Source of the DNA: Actinomycetes bacterium
GTDB lineage: Bacteria; Actinomycetota; Acidimicrobiia; Acidimicrobiales; JAKAOS01
Length of the DNA stretch: 49,973 nucleotides
Assembly: GCA_021795215.1 (NCBI GenBank)
Contig: JAJYPS010000004.1
Coordinates: 1 to 49,973 of the forward strand
Reading direction: 5' to 3'
The notes under the pieces are model-generated. The model saw nothing but the letters and a program-made list of their open reading frames with translations, had not been told where the DNA came from and did no database searches. The position numbers and the translations under genes were made by a program. Positions within the stretch are counted from its first letter, which is position 1. Every line of letters starts with the position of its first letter. This document shows positions 8,102-18,368 of the stretch, in pieces.

Positions 8102-10554
8102 GCGCTACTGGAGTGGCCCAGCGGGAACGCTTGGTAGTCGTGGGCAATGGTATGGCGGGCGTCCGTACAGTGGAGGAGATCCTAAGACGTGTCGGCCCCG
8201 AGCACTACGACATCACGATCTTCGGGGACGAGCCCTACCCCAACTATAACCGGATCCTTCTCTCCAACGTTTTGGCCGGGACGGAGGACGTTGACAATGT
8301 CTTCATCAATAGTATTGATTGGTACGATAGAAACGGTGTAACACTTCGCGTACGATCTCGGGTCTGCTCGGTCGACCGTTGGGCCAAGAAGGTGTTCACG
8401 TGCGACGGGGACAGTGCCCCTTACGACAAGCTCATCCTCGCCACAGGGAGCAGGCCCTACTTCCCACCGCTTGCAGGAATCCGCAGTAGCGATGGCAAGC
8501 TCCTCGGCGGAGTGTTCGGCTTCCGGACGCTGGACGACTGCAGCGCAATGCTCGACAGTGTCCGGCACTCGTCACGGGCAGTCGTCATAGGTGGAGGTCT
8601 CCTCGGCCTGGAGGCCGCCCGAGCCATGCTGGCCAGGGGGCTCGACGTGGACCTGGTGCACGGGAGCGGGGATCTGATGAACCAGCAACTGGACAGCGAA
8701 GCTGCCGGCATCCTTCGTTCGACTGTGCAGCAGCTCGGGATCACAGTGCACTTGAAGACGAAGACCGTGGCGGTGATCGGCACTTCGAGGGTGAAGGGCG
8801 TCATCTTCGACGACGGGTCGAACCTGGCGGCCGACATGGTGATCGTCGCCACGGGAGTCACTCCCAACGTGGAGCTGGCCGTGGAAGCCGGCCTGACGGT
8901 CCAGAGGGCGGTGGTCACGGACGACAGGATGCGGTCCCTGGACGATCACTCCATCTACGCCGTCGGAGAGTGCGCAGAGCACAGGGGGCAGGTGTACGGG
9001 TTGGTCGCTCCACTCTGGGAGCAGGCAGGAACCCTGGCTGACAACCTCACTGCCCATAACCCGAAATCGGTCTACCTGGGATCCAAGATCGCCACGAAGC
9101 TGAAGGTCATGGGCGTGGAGCTCGCGACAATGGGCCTCAAGTCCGCAACCCACGAAGACGACGAGGTGGTCAAGTTCCTCGAACCGAAACGAGGAATCTA
9201 CAAGAACGTAGTGCTGCGAGACAGCAAGGTCGTCGGAGCCACTCTCCTTGGCGACCTTTCCAAGGTGGCATTCCTGCTGCAGGCGTTCGATCAGGGCAGG
9301 CCGATATCCGAAGAGAGACACTCGCTGCTCTTCGACATCGGCTCACCGGACACACAGAGAAGCGTGGCCGAACTGCCGGACGACACCCAGATCTGCAACT
9401 GCAACGGAGTGGACAAGGCTACCCTGATCGCTGCAGTCAAGGCGGGTAACCGCTCCGTCAAGGCCGCCATGTCCGCCACCCGCGCCGGTACGGGCTGCGG
9501 CTCGTGCAGAACGCTCGTATCCGACATCGTCGAGCTCGCCTGCGGAGGGACCGTCGAAGAGGACCCCTCTTCCGGCTACTACGTTCCGGCCATCCCGCTC
9601 AGCAAACCGGAACTTGTCCAGCGCATTCGCGGGATGCAGCTGAGATCGGTGTCGTCCGTCTTCGACGCACTGTCTCCCGGCGTCGAAGACGCTCTCAGCA
9701 AACCGGGTGTCGCTTCACTTCTGCGCACTCTCTGGGGCGGTGAGTACGAAGACCAGCGGGATGCCCGGTTCGTCAACGACCGGGTGCACGGGAACATCCA
9801 GAAGGACGGCACTTTCTCCGTGGTCCCGAGCATGCCCGGCGGAGTCACTTCCGCTGCCCAGCTGCGCCGGATCGCCGACGCGGCGGATAAGTACGGCGTC
9901 GCAATGGTCAAGGTCACCGGCGGCCAGCGAATAGATCTCCTTGGTGTCAAGAAGCAGGATCTTCCTGGCATATGGGCGGATCTCGACATGGAGTCAGGCT
10001 TTGCGTACGGAAAGACCTTTCGCACGTGCAAGACCTGCGTCGGGACCGAGTTCTGTAGATATGGCCTTGGCGACTCGACTGAGTTGGGAGTAAGCATAGA
10101 CCAACGCTTCAAGGGTCTGGAAAGTCCCGCAAAGATGAAATTGTCGGTATCAGGATGTCCTCGCAACTGTGCTGAATCTCTGGTGAAGGACGTCGGAGTG
10201 GTCGCCATCGAGGGTGGCCGCTGGGAGGTGTACGTCGGCGGCTCGGCGGGCTCGCACATCCGCCGAGGAGAGCTCCTCTCGGTCGTCGGCTCCAAGGACG
10301 ACGTCCTCAGGCTCGTCGGTCGCTTCGTCCAGTACTACCGCTTGAACGGCAAGTACCTGGAGCGGCCGTACGCCTTTGTCGAGCGAGAAGGCATTGAGCG
10401 GCTGCGTTCGGTATTGGTGGACGATTCGGAAGGACTCTGTGATGTCCTCGAGGCCGAGATCCAAGCCTCGGTCGATGCCTACTCGGATCCTTGGAGCGAG
10501 GGCGACTTCCCTGTCACACCCAACCAATTCGTCCGGAGGATACCGGTCAAATGA
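8098..10554 (+). CDS. nirB: NAD(P)H-dependent nitrite reductase large subunit
   Basis: VVVGNGMAG FAD site, GGGLLGLEAA, CNCNGV...GCGSC [2Fe-2S], CVGTEFC and SGCPRNC siroheme/[4Fe-4S]. Confidence 0.95.
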   Translation: MSATGVAQRERLVVVGNGMAGVRTVEEILRRVGPEHYDITIFGDEPYPNYNRILLSNVLAGTEDVDNVFINSIDWYDRNGVTLRVRSRVCSVDRWAKKVFTCDGDSAPYDKLILATGSRPYFPPLAGIRSSDGKLLGGVFGFRTLDDCSAMLDSVRHSSRAVVIGGGLLGLEAARAMLARGLDVDLVHGSGDLMNQQLDSEAAGILRSTVQQLGITVHLKTKTVAVIGTSRVKGVIFDDGSNLAADMVIVATGVTPNVELAVEAGLTVQRAVVTDDRMRSLDDHSIYAVGECAEHRGQVYGLVAPLWEQAGTLADNLTAHNPKSVYLGSKIATKLKVMGVELATMGLKSATHEDDEVVKFLEPKRGIYKNVVLRDSKVVGATLLGDLSKVAFLLQAFDQGRPISEERHSLLFDIGSPDTQRSVAELPDDTQICNCNGVDKATLIAAVKAGNRSVKAAMSATRAGTGCGSCRTLVSDIVELACGGTVEEDPSSGYYVPAIPLSKPELVQRIRGMQLRSVSSVFDALSPGVEDALSKPGVASLLRTLWGGEYEDQRDARFVNDRVHGNIQKDGTFSVVPSMPGGVTSAAQLRRIADAADKYGVAMVKVTGGQRIDLLGVKKQDLPGIWADLDMESGFAYGKTFRTCKTCVGTEFCRYGLGDSTELGVSIDQRFKGLESPAKMKLSVSGCPRNCAESLVKDVGVVAIEGGRWEVYVGGSAGSHIRRGELLSVVGSKDDVLRLVGRFVQYYRLNGKYLERPYAFVEREGIERLRSVLVDDSEGLCDVLEAEIQASVDAYSDPWSEGDFPVTPNQFVRRIPVK

Positions 10555-10910
10555 GGCTGGTCGACGAGACGTGCATCGGAGCGCTGGAGCGGATACCCGT
10601 CGGCGAAGGTCGCGAGGTCGACCTGGGTGGCCTGCTGGTAGCGGTGTTCAGAACCAGGTCCGGCTCTGTGCATGCGCTCGAGGCACGCTGCCCTCACCGG
10701 GGAGGGCCACTGGCTGACGGGTTGGTCGACTCGACGAGCGTCGTCTGTCCTCTCCACGGTTGGAGGTTCCGCCTGCAGGACGGTGCGGCCCTGGTGGGCG
10801 ACTCCCCGACAAGGAGCTTCGCCGTCCGAGAAGGAGACGACGGGAACATCTACGTCCGCTGCCCGGCACCGGCCAGCGATGGACTCGGACCCGCCGAGTC
10901 CCCAGACTAA
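10551..10910 (+). CDS. nirD: Nitrite reductase small subunit (Rieske)
   Basis: CPHRGGPL and CPLHGWRF Rieske motifs; ATGA overlap with nirB. Confidence 0.9.
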   Translation: MRLVDETCIGALERIPVGEGREVDLGGLLVAVFRTRSGSVHALEARCPHRGGPLADGLVDSTSVVCPLHGWRFRLQDGAALVGDSPTRSFAVREGDDGNIYVRCPAPASDGLGPAESPD

Positions 10911-10953
10911 GCCGTTCCGTCTCGGTCCCGCCGACGCCGGATGACCGAGCGGG

Positions 10954-11736
10954 CTACGCGACGGCGGAGGAGGGGGACGCGCCGCTCTCGGGACCGACCG
11001 ACGCGGACAGCTGCGGGCGGCGGTCCGAAAAGGAGAGCTGCCGGCTCGCCCCCGCCGTCAGCCATGTGAACAGGCGCGCATGGCGTCCGCCCTCCACGAG
11101 AAGCTCCGGGTGCCACTGCACTCCGATCACCCTCGCCGGGTACACACTTTCGACGGCCTCCACCACCCCGTCGTCCGACCACGCCACTGCGGTCAAGCCG
11201 CTCCCCAACCGATCGATCGCCTGGTGATGGAGGCTGTTCACACCGACCTCGCCCTCCCCCACCACCGAAGCCAGAGTGCTGTCACGCTTCACCGTCACGA
11301 AATGGGCAAACTCCGCATGCCGATCGGCTTGTCGGTGTGCCAGCCGGGAAACCGACGGCAGGTGCTGGATCAACGTACCTCCGGCCACCACGTTCAACAG
11401 CTGCAGCCCCCTGCACACAGCCAGCACTGGCAGCTGCGCTTCCAGGGCCTCGGTCAGGACCGCCATCTCCCACGCATCTCGCTCCGGCTCCGGCGTCTCG
11501 GCCTCCTCCGCGGGCGCCTCCCCGTAGTGACGCGCTTCGATGTCCCTCCCGCCAGCCAGCAGCAGACCGTCCACCTTGCGGATCATCGCTCCGGCCATTT
11601 CCGGTCTCAGCACGGGCAGCACCACCGGCAGGCCTCCTGCCGAGGCGACGGCCCGCACGTAACCGCTCTCTATGCCGTCCAGCCGACGTCCCTCTTCAGT
11701 CGCAGACCGTCCACTGACTCCGATCAAGGGCTGCAT
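10954..11736 (-). CDS. Gamma-glutamyl-gamma-aminobutyrate hydrolase family (peptidase C26)
   Basis: PLIGVS, GLLLAGGRDI, LAVCRGLQLLNV, VNSLHHQAI and GVQWHPE motifs. Confidence 0.92.
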   Translation of the reverse strand: MQPLIGVSGRSATEEGRRLDGIESGYVRAVASAGGLPVVLPVLRPEMAGAMIRKVDGLLLAGGRDIEARHYGEAPAEEAETPEPERDAWEMAVLTEALEAQLPVLAVCRGLQLLNVVAGGTLIQHLPSVSRLAHRQADRHAEFAHFVTVKRDSTLASVVGEGEVGVNSLHHQAIDRLGSGLTAVAWSDDGVVEAVESVYPARVIGVQWHPELLVEGGRHARLFTWLTAGASRQLSFSDRRPQLSASVGPESGASPSSAVA

Positions 11737-11927
11737 GCCACCAGCATACGGCAGCCCTCGCGCACCGCTTTCAGCCCTGGGTCCCCCTGCGTGTCGACTA
11801 TGTGAACACATCCGTGCAACGGCATCCCGAGGAGCCCCCCCTGGCAGACTGGAACCTACCGGACGAGACCACAACTCGCCGGACGGTGCATCTGAGCGAT
11901 CGGGGCATCCGAGCGAGAGGAACGCAC

Positions 11928-13067
11928 TTGGTACTGACGCTGGGTGTAGAAGAGGAATTTCTCATCGCCGACGTCACGACGGGCGGCCTGGTACCGCAGT
12001 CCCACCGGCTCGTTCCGAGGTACTACAAGAAGAGGGGAATGCCCGAGGGCTTCACTCGAGAGCTGAACCTCTGTCAGATCGAGGTGGCCACTCCGGTGTG
12101 CACCTCCAGCGAACAGCTCCGGAGCCATCTCCGGGCATCGAGGAGAGACCTGCAGCTGGCCGCGGAGTCGGTCGGGCTGACACCGTTGCCCGTCGGGAGC
12201 CATCCCTTCTCGTCCTGGCGAAACCAGCAGGTGGACCGTTCGGACCCGCGTTACGGCAGGATGGAGGACGACTTCCAGCAGGTGGCCAGGGAGCAGGTCA
12301 TCTGCGGATGCCATGTGCACGTCGGAATACCCGATCCGGACCTTCGGATCGCGGTCATGACCCGGGCGCGGCCGTGGCTTCCAGTACTGGTTGCGATGAC
12401 CGCCAACTCACCATTTTGGGAGGGGCTGGATACCGGATACGACTCCTACCGGATCGAAGTCTGGAGGAAATGGCCCACGTCAGGTATGCCACCTGCTCTG
12501 TCGTCCATGGCCGACTACGTGGACATCCTTTCTCGGCTGAAGCTCGTGGGCGCCGCCGCCGATGCCAGCTATATCTACTGGCATATCAGGCCCTCGTCTC
12601 GCTTCGAGACCCTGGAGTTCCGGGCAACCGACACCTGCCTTACGGTGGACGATACGGTGATGCTGGGAATCTTGGTCCGCGCCCTCGTGTCCACCTGCGT
12701 CGACGAGATCGCCAGCGATGCGCCCGCTGCACCCTGGAGGCGAGACACCCTGGAGGCTGCCATGTGGCGCGCAGCCCGGTTCGGCCTGTCCGGCGAGTTG
12801 GCCGATCCTCTCACCTCCGAGCTTCGCCCCGCACGAGAAGTGGTCCAGATGCTGGTCGCCCACGTCGGCAAAGCCTTGCAGAGGGACGGGGAGCACGCAG
12901 GGCTGGTCGCAGGGGTTGACAGGTTACTGGCCACTGGAAACGGCGCCACTCGGCAGCGACGTGCGATGGAATCGGGGTCTTCGGTGGTCGACGCGATCGG
13001 CGCCATGGCCTTCGGCCCCTCAGAGCTGAACGGTCTCAGGCGCCCCGATATGGCTGGTCACCCATGA
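11928..13067 (+). CDS. Carboxylate-amine ligase (glutamate-cysteine ligase GCS2/YbdK family)
   Basis: TLGVEEEF, CGCHVHVG, ANSPFW, YWHIRPS...TLEFR; GAGAGG RBS before the TTG. Confidence 0.92.
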   Translation: MVLTLGVEEEFLIADVTTGGLVPQSHRLVPRYYKKRGMPEGFTRELNLCQIEVATPVCTSSEQLRSHLRASRRDLQLAAESVGLTPLPVGSHPFSSWRNQQVDRSDPRYGRMEDDFQQVAREQVICGCHVHVGIPDPDLRIAVMTRARPWLPVLVAMTANSPFWEGLDTGYDSYRIEVWRKWPTSGMPPALSSMADYVDILSRLKLVGAAADASYIYWHIRPSSRFETLEFRATDTCLTVDDTVMLGILVRALVSTCVDEIASDAPAAPWRRDTLEAAMWRAARFGLSGELADPLTSELRPAREVVQMLVAHVGKALQRDGEHAGLVAGVDRLLATGNGATRQRRAMESGSSVVDAIGAMAFGPSELNGLRRPDMAGHP

Positions 13068-14978
13068 CACCACCGCCCGTACGAAAGCGACCCGGTTGAT
13101 GGTCTTCTCCAGCTCGTGCCCCTCGTCGGGAAAGAGCAGGTACTCGTGCTCGACACCGTTTCTCTCGAGCGACTCGACGACCTGCTGCGCTTCGCACACC
13201 GGGACGTTGGTGTCCTCCGCCCCGTGCACGACGAGTAGCGGAGCCTCGAGCATCCCGATCCTCCGAATAGGCGACAAGTCCTCCAGCAGTTCCGCATCGC
13301 GTCGCGGATCGCCGTACTTGCCGACCGCCGCGTCGGCGATCCACGGTTCCGTGCCGGCGAAGAACGTGGCGAAGTTCGCCATCCCGCAGACGTCCACTCC
13401 CACCGAGAACAGCCTCGGGTACCGGACCAGCACCGCTAGGGTCAGGTAGCCGCCGTACGATCGCCCCATGCATCCCATCCGGCCACCCACGGACAGGCCG
13501 CTCGCAAGGAGATGGGCGGCGCAACTGGCCACGTCGTCGATAGCGCAGTAGCGCCCGGCGAGGTCGTCGGATTCTCGGAAACTGCGGCCGAAGCCCGAGG
13601 AGCCTCGGACGTTGGGAGCGAACACAGCGACGTTCTCCGAGATCAGCGACTGGAAGAGGGAGTTGTAGACGGGTCTCTCCTGGGACTCCGGACCCCCGTG
13701 AAGATGGATCACGGTGGTCCAGGGAGGTTCGACGGGAGGCCGGTAGAGCCATCCCGTCAGCTCGGTCCCGTCGAAGGAAGCCAGAGTGACCAGCTCGGGG
13801 GGCACCAGTCGGGCGGGATCGACGCTCCGGACGCTGGCACCCCTGGACGCCAGAAGAGAGCCACTGCCGGGGCTGCTCAACGGAACCGAATGGACCAGCG
13901 CACCGTCGACGGACCACACTCCCCGAGGGTCGGACCAACTCTCCGCCGTGACCAGCAGCGACCCCCCGGCGGAGAACCGGCAGTCCAGCACCACGTCCCT
14001 CGGTAGCTCCGGGGCCACATTGTGCGCTCCGCTCGCCACGTCCAGCACGCTCACCCGGCTCTGGCCGCCCTTCACGTTCCACAACAGCGCCAGCCTGGTC
14101 CGCCCGGGATCGGGCACGACGTCTTCGATGCCAGCTTCTATTCCGGCTGCCACCTCCTCCACGAGCACCGAAACGCCGGGCGATGAGGCGAACATGCCTG
14201 CAAGCGTCTCCTCATGCCTGAGGAGCTCTTCGTCGCGCCGGGGCTCCTCGGCCAGGTTCTCCAGATCGACCGCGACCAGCGCCGCCATCTCGCGGCCCAC
14301 GTCCGTGCAGGCGAACACCGTCCGGCCATCCGGTGACAGGCAGCCCCTCTCCGTAGAGCCGGCACCGCCCAGCAACCAGCTAACGGTGCATTCGGCGACG
14401 TTGACCACGCCCAGCTGCCGTCGGCCCCGGCGCCCACCGCGGAGCAGTGCGACCGTGCCGTCGACGCTCATGTCCAACAGTGCGATCAGCGGGAGCTCGG
14501 CGACGAGTTGGCGGTCGCCGTCTTCGGGGTCCACCGCGAAAGCCCGAGTCGTCCAACGTGATGCCTGCGACGTCACGACCGTCTCGGTCGTCAACAACCT
14601 GCCGTCGGCCGACCAGCCACCCCACGGCCCTGCCCCGACCGCCGCCGTCCCCCCCGGCCCTCCGCCGACGACACGCAGATCCGTGCCGTCCGGCCGGAAC
14701 GTCCACACCTGCTCCCGGGAGCCGTGCTCCGCTGCCGTGACACAGGCCAGCCACGATCCCCCGGGCGACCAACTCACCGCCTTGACACCGCTGAGCCGGT
14801 CCGCAAGGGGACCCCTGCACGTGCGTCCGTCGAACATCCACACCTGAGCCGATCCGGCTCTGTCCGACACGAAGGCGACTGCCGATCCGTCCGGCGCCGG
14901 CGCCGGTGACCAACTGCCGTAGACGTCCTCAGGGACCGGGAGCCCGGACCGCCCACTCGGGGGATCGTCCGGACCCAC
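13020..14978 (-). CDS. S9 prolyl oligopeptidase family peptidase
   Basis: Beta-propeller repeats, HGGPE, GRSYGG nucleophile, HGAEDTNV and DEGHEL. Confidence 0.92.
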   Translation of the reverse strand: MGPDDPPSGRSGLPVPEDVYGSWSPAPAPDGSAVAFVSDRAGSAQVWMFDGRTCRGPLADRLSGVKAVSWSPGGSWLACVTAAEHGSREQVWTFRPDGTDLRVVGGGPGGTAAVGAGPWGGWSADGRLLTTETVVTSQASRWTTRAFAVDPEDGDRQLVAELPLIALLDMSVDGTVALLRGGRRGRRQLGVVNVAECTVSWLLGGAGSTERGCLSPDGRTVFACTDVGREMAALVAVDLENLAEEPRRDEELLRHEETLAGMFASSPGVSVLVEEVAAGIEAGIEDVVPDPGRTRLALLWNVKGGQSRVSVLDVASGAHNVAPELPRDVVLDCRFSAGGSLLVTAESWSDPRGVWSVDGALVHSVPLSSPGSGSLLASRGASVRSVDPARLVPPELVTLASFDGTELTGWLYRPPVEPPWTTVIHLHGGPESQERPVYNSLFQSLISENVAVFAPNVRGSSGFGRSFRESDDLAGRYCAIDDVASCAAHLLASGLSVGGRMGCMGRSYGGYLTLAVLVRYPRLFSVGVDVCGMANFATFFAGTEPWIADAAVGKYGDPRRDAELLEDLSPIRRIGMLEAPLLVVHGAEDTNVPVCEAQQVVESLERNGVEHEYLLFPDEGHELEKTINRVAFVRAVVSWVTSHIGAPETVQL

Positions 14979-16757
14979 TCAGATCCCCATGCGCTGGAGC
15001 CACATCTCCAGAAGGCCCACCTGCCACAGGACGTTCCCCCCGATGGGTGTCCGGCGAGCATTGGGATCGGCCAGCAGCTGGTCGATCGCGTCGGAGCGGA
15101 ACAGCCGGCGCTCGCGGGCAGCGGGCGCCTGGAGCACCTCGCCAACCAGCTCCAGCATCCGCCCGCCCAGGTGGCGGATACCCGGAACCGGAAAGTACCC
15201 CTTGGGCCGGTCGATCACGGCGTCCGGGACCAGCTTCCGGCTGGCGGACTTCAGCACACCCTTGCCACCGTCTGCCAGCTTCAGTCGAGGAGGGCATCGC
15301 GCCGCCATCTCCACCAGCTCGTGGTCCAGAAACGGCACCCTCGCCTCGAGTCCCCAAGCCATCGTCATGTTGTCTACCCGCTTCACCGGATCGTCCACCA
15401 ACATGATCTGCGTATCCAGACGCAGTGCTGCGTCGAGGGCCGTCTCCGCCCCCGGAGCGCCGAAGTGGCGCTCGACGAACGCCCTGCTGACATCCTCCTC
15501 GACCAGCCACTCGGGCGAGACCAGGTCAGCCATTGCGGCGTGGGACCGGTCGAAAAAGGCCCTCGCATAGGCGTCCACCGCTTGGGCCCGGTCGACGTGG
15601 GCAAGCGGCGGGTACCAGCTGTACCCCGCGAACACCTCGTCTGCTCCCTGACCGGACTGCACCACCGTCATCTCCTGGGACACCTCCTGGGAGAGCAGGT
15701 AGAAGGCCACGCAGTCGTGGCTCACCATCGGCTCGCTCATCGCGCGTACCGCAGACTCCACCGCAGGAAGGAGCCGCGTGTCGCGAATGGCGAATCTGTG
15801 ATGGTCGGTGTCGAACTGCCGCGCCACCAGGTCGGAGTACTCGAACTCGTGCCCTGCCTCTCCCCCGGCAGCCTCGAAGCCGATGCTGAACGTCGAGAGG
15901 CCCTTCTGGCCCGATTCGGCTAGAAGGGCGACGATCAGGCTCGAGTCCAGACCGCCGGACAGGAGCACCCCCACAGGCACGTCCGCCACCATCCGGCGCT
16001 TCACGGCCGCCCGCAGGGCCTCGAGCACCTGCTCCTGCCACTCCCCGTCCGGCAGCTCGGCTCCCTCGTGCCGGGTGAAGGACGGTTCCCAGTAGACCGA
16101 CTCGGAGCGGCGACCGTCCAGCTCCAGAACTCGCACGGTGGCTGGGGGCAGCTTGCGTACCCCGGCGAGGATCGTCCGGGGGGCGGGCACCACCGAGTGC
16201 CACGACATGTAGTGATGAAGGGCTATCGGGTCGACCGTGGTGTCGACTCCCCCGGCTGCGACCAGAGCAGGGAGCGTCGAGGCGAAGCGGATCTTGCCCG
16301 GCTGCTCCGACAGGTAGAGCGGTTTGATGCCGAGCCGGTCGCGGGCCATCACCGTCCGTCCGGTGCGGTGCTCGTGGAGCACGAAGGCGAACATGCCGTT
16401 GAACCGCTCCACGCAACGGGGGCCCCACCGGTGGTACGCCTTGAGGATCACTTCCGTGTCGGACGTGGAGTGGAAGTCGTAGCCCGAGGCCTCCAGCTCT
16501 CGGCGCAGCTGGACATGGTTGTAGATGCAGCCGTTGAACACCAGCGACAGACCCAGCTCGGCGTCCACCATGGGCTGCGAGCCGTTGGGCGACAGATCGA
16601 TCACCTCCAGCCTGTGGTGCAGCATGGCCATCGGTCCGGACGCCCATTCTCCCGACGAGTCGGGACCGCGATCGGCCAACATGGGCGACATCCTCGCGAC
16701 GGCGGCGGCATCGGCCCGCTCTCCGTCGGTTCGTAGCTCCCCACCGAATCCGCACAT
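14979..16757 (-). CDS. N-acetylglutaminylglutamine amidotransferase family (asparagine synthetase-like)
   Basis: N-terminal MCG Ntn cysteine, RGPD, FNGCIYN, LLSGGLDSS, EPMVSHDCVAFYLLS, LVDDPVKRVDNMTMAWGLEARVPFLD. Confidence 0.9.
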   Translation of the reverse strand: MCGFGGELRTDGERADAAAVARMSPMLADRGPDSSGEWASGPMAMLHHRLEVIDLSPNGSQPMVDAELGLSLVFNGCIYNHVQLRRELEASGYDFHSTSDTEVILKAYHRWGPRCVERFNGMFAFVLHEHRTGRTVMARDRLGIKPLYLSEQPGKIRFASTLPALVAAGGVDTTVDPIALHHYMSWHSVVPAPRTILAGVRKLPPATVRVLELDGRRSESVYWEPSFTRHEGAELPDGEWQEQVLEALRAAVKRRMVADVPVGVLLSGGLDSSLIVALLAESGQKGLSTFSIGFEAAGGEAGHEFEYSDLVARQFDTDHHRFAIRDTRLLPAVESAVRAMSEPMVSHDCVAFYLLSQEVSQEMTVVQSGQGADEVFAGYSWYPPLAHVDRAQAVDAYARAFFDRSHAAMADLVSPEWLVEEDVSRAFVERHFGAPGAETALDAALRLDTQIMLVDDPVKRVDNMTMAWGLEARVPFLDHELVEMAARCPPRLKLADGGKGVLKSASRKLVPDAVIDRPKGYFPVPGIRHLGGRMLELVGEVLQAPAARERRLFRSDAIDQLLADPNARRTPIGGNVLWQVGLLEMWLQRMGI

Positions 16758-16776
16758 GACGAAGTCCCTTTCTCGC

Positions 16777-18327
16777 CTACGACCGCCGCCCGCCGGAGGA
16801 GCCGCAGACAAGCCAGGTGTCCTTGGAACCTCCGCCGCGAGAGGAGTTGACGATCATGCTGCCCTCGGGCGCCACCCTGGTCAGCGCAGCCGGCGCCACG
16901 GCGGCTACGTCCGAGACGAGCACGAAGGCCCGCAGGTCCACGTGACGCGCCTCGAGACCCCGCTCCGACATGTTCGGGTGGGTCGACAGCTGCACTATCT
17001 CCTGCGCTATCCACGAGGCGGGGTGTGCGAGGATCTGACCGCGCACGGCGTCCAGCTCCTCTTCCGACGCCATGGACCCCACCACGACTCCACTCCCTCC
17101 ATAGCCGTCCACAGGCTTGAGCACCAGTTCCCCCAGGCGAGCGAGGACGTGCCGGCGGTGGTCCTCCTGCCTGCAGAGATACGTCGGGACGGTCCCGAGT
17201 ATCGGCTTCTCGCCCAAGTAGTACTGGATCATGGCCGGCACGTAGCTGTAGACCGCCTTGTCGTCCGCCACGCCGTTGCCCAGCGCATTGGCGACCGCAA
17301 CGCGTCCTGCTCTCGCGGCCGCCACCAGCCTCGGGCCGAGCGGAAGGCCGTCCGCTCCCGCAGCACCCGACAGCTCCGACTCCGACATCCGTAGGTAGAT
17401 GACGTCCACCGGCAGCCGCGGTGCCCCTTGCCGGAGCTGGTAGACACAGTCCACCTCCACCAGCAGCTCCCGCGCCAAGACGATGTCCACGTCCATCTCC
17501 GACGCGAGCATGGAGTGCTCGAACCAGGCAGAGCCGCCTGGACCCTCGCTCAGCAACACGACTCGTGCCTCACCGGGAACCCGGGACGGAGCGGACGCGC
17601 CGAGCGCGGACCGGAGCATCGCCGCCGAGCGGGACGCGTCACAGAGCCCCCGTGGCCGAGGCAGCTCGGGCATCACCGCGTCGATCATCCTTCGGTTGTG
17701 GATCGCGTACGCCAGTCCCGACGGGACCCGCACGTTGTCCTCCAGCACCTGCCAGGTCCCACCGGCATCCCGCACCAGGTCCATCCCGCAGACCTGCGCC
17801 CGGTGGGGCTGCCCTCGAAAAGCGGATCCCACGAGGCTGTACCCCGGAACTTCCGCGACCCAGCGGGGCAGCGCGCCGTCTCGGATGGCAGCCTGCTCGC
17901 CGTACACGTCGCACAGCAGCGCGTCGAGCGCCCGAGCACGCTGCTCGAGGCCACGACTCAGAGTGGACCACTCCGCCTCCGCAACCACCCGGGGAATCGG
18001 GTCCACCGGAAAGGTACGAGGAGCCGTGTCTCCGGTGACACGGAACTCGACTCCATGTGACCGCTGATAGCTCTCCGCCGCCAGGCGGCGCCGCGCCAGC
18101 GTCCCCGGCTCGAGGCTGTCCAGCGCCTGTACGACCTCCAGGTACGGAGCGGTCACCGTCCCGTCCTGCACCACCTCGTCACTCGAAGATCGATAGGCGT
18201 CGAAAAGCGACGGCGGGGGGCTTCCCAAGCCACTTCCGTGAGGCACCGTGCCGCCATGGCTCCCAGGACCGGTCAGGACGCCACTGCTCGCCACGGCTGA
18301 ACTCGGTGAAACGTTCTCGCTGTTCAA
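16777..18327 (-). CDS. Circularly permuted type 2 ATP-grasp protein
   Basis: DPIPRV, VLEDNVRVPSGLAY, ANALGNGVADDK, LKPVDGYGG, NSSRGGGSKDTW; start uncertain. Confidence 0.92.
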   Translation of the reverse strand: MNSENVSPSSAVASSGVLTGPGSHGGTVPHGSGLGSPPPSLFDAYRSSSDEVVQDGTVTAPYLEVVQALDSLEPGTLARRRLAAESYQRSHGVEFRVTGDTAPRTFPVDPIPRVVAEAEWSTLSRGLEQRARALDALLCDVYGEQAAIRDGALPRWVAEVPGYSLVGSAFRGQPHRAQVCGMDLVRDAGGTWQVLEDNVRVPSGLAYAIHNRRMIDAVMPELPRPRGLCDASRSAAMLRSALGASAPSRVPGEARVVLLSEGPGGSAWFEHSMLASEMDVDIVLARELLVEVDCVYQLRQGAPRLPVDVIYLRMSESELSGAAGADGLPLGPRLVAAARAGRVAVANALGNGVADDKAVYSYVPAMIQYYLGEKPILGTVPTYLCRQEDHRRHVLARLGELVLKPVDGYGGSGVVVGSMASEEELDAVRGQILAHPASWIAQEIVQLSTHPNMSERGLEARHVDLRAFVLVSDVAAVAPAALTRVAPEGSMIVNSSRGGGSKDTWLVCGSSGGRRS

Positions 18328-18368
18328 CTAAGCCCCGTAGTCCTCCCGTGGTGCCGTCGCATCGGAGC

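Noticed and set aside
13020-13067. 48-bp convergent overlap of the GCS2 and S9 genes as antisense regulation
   Set aside because: Short tail overlaps are common in GC-rich genomes where stop codons are sparse; no further support
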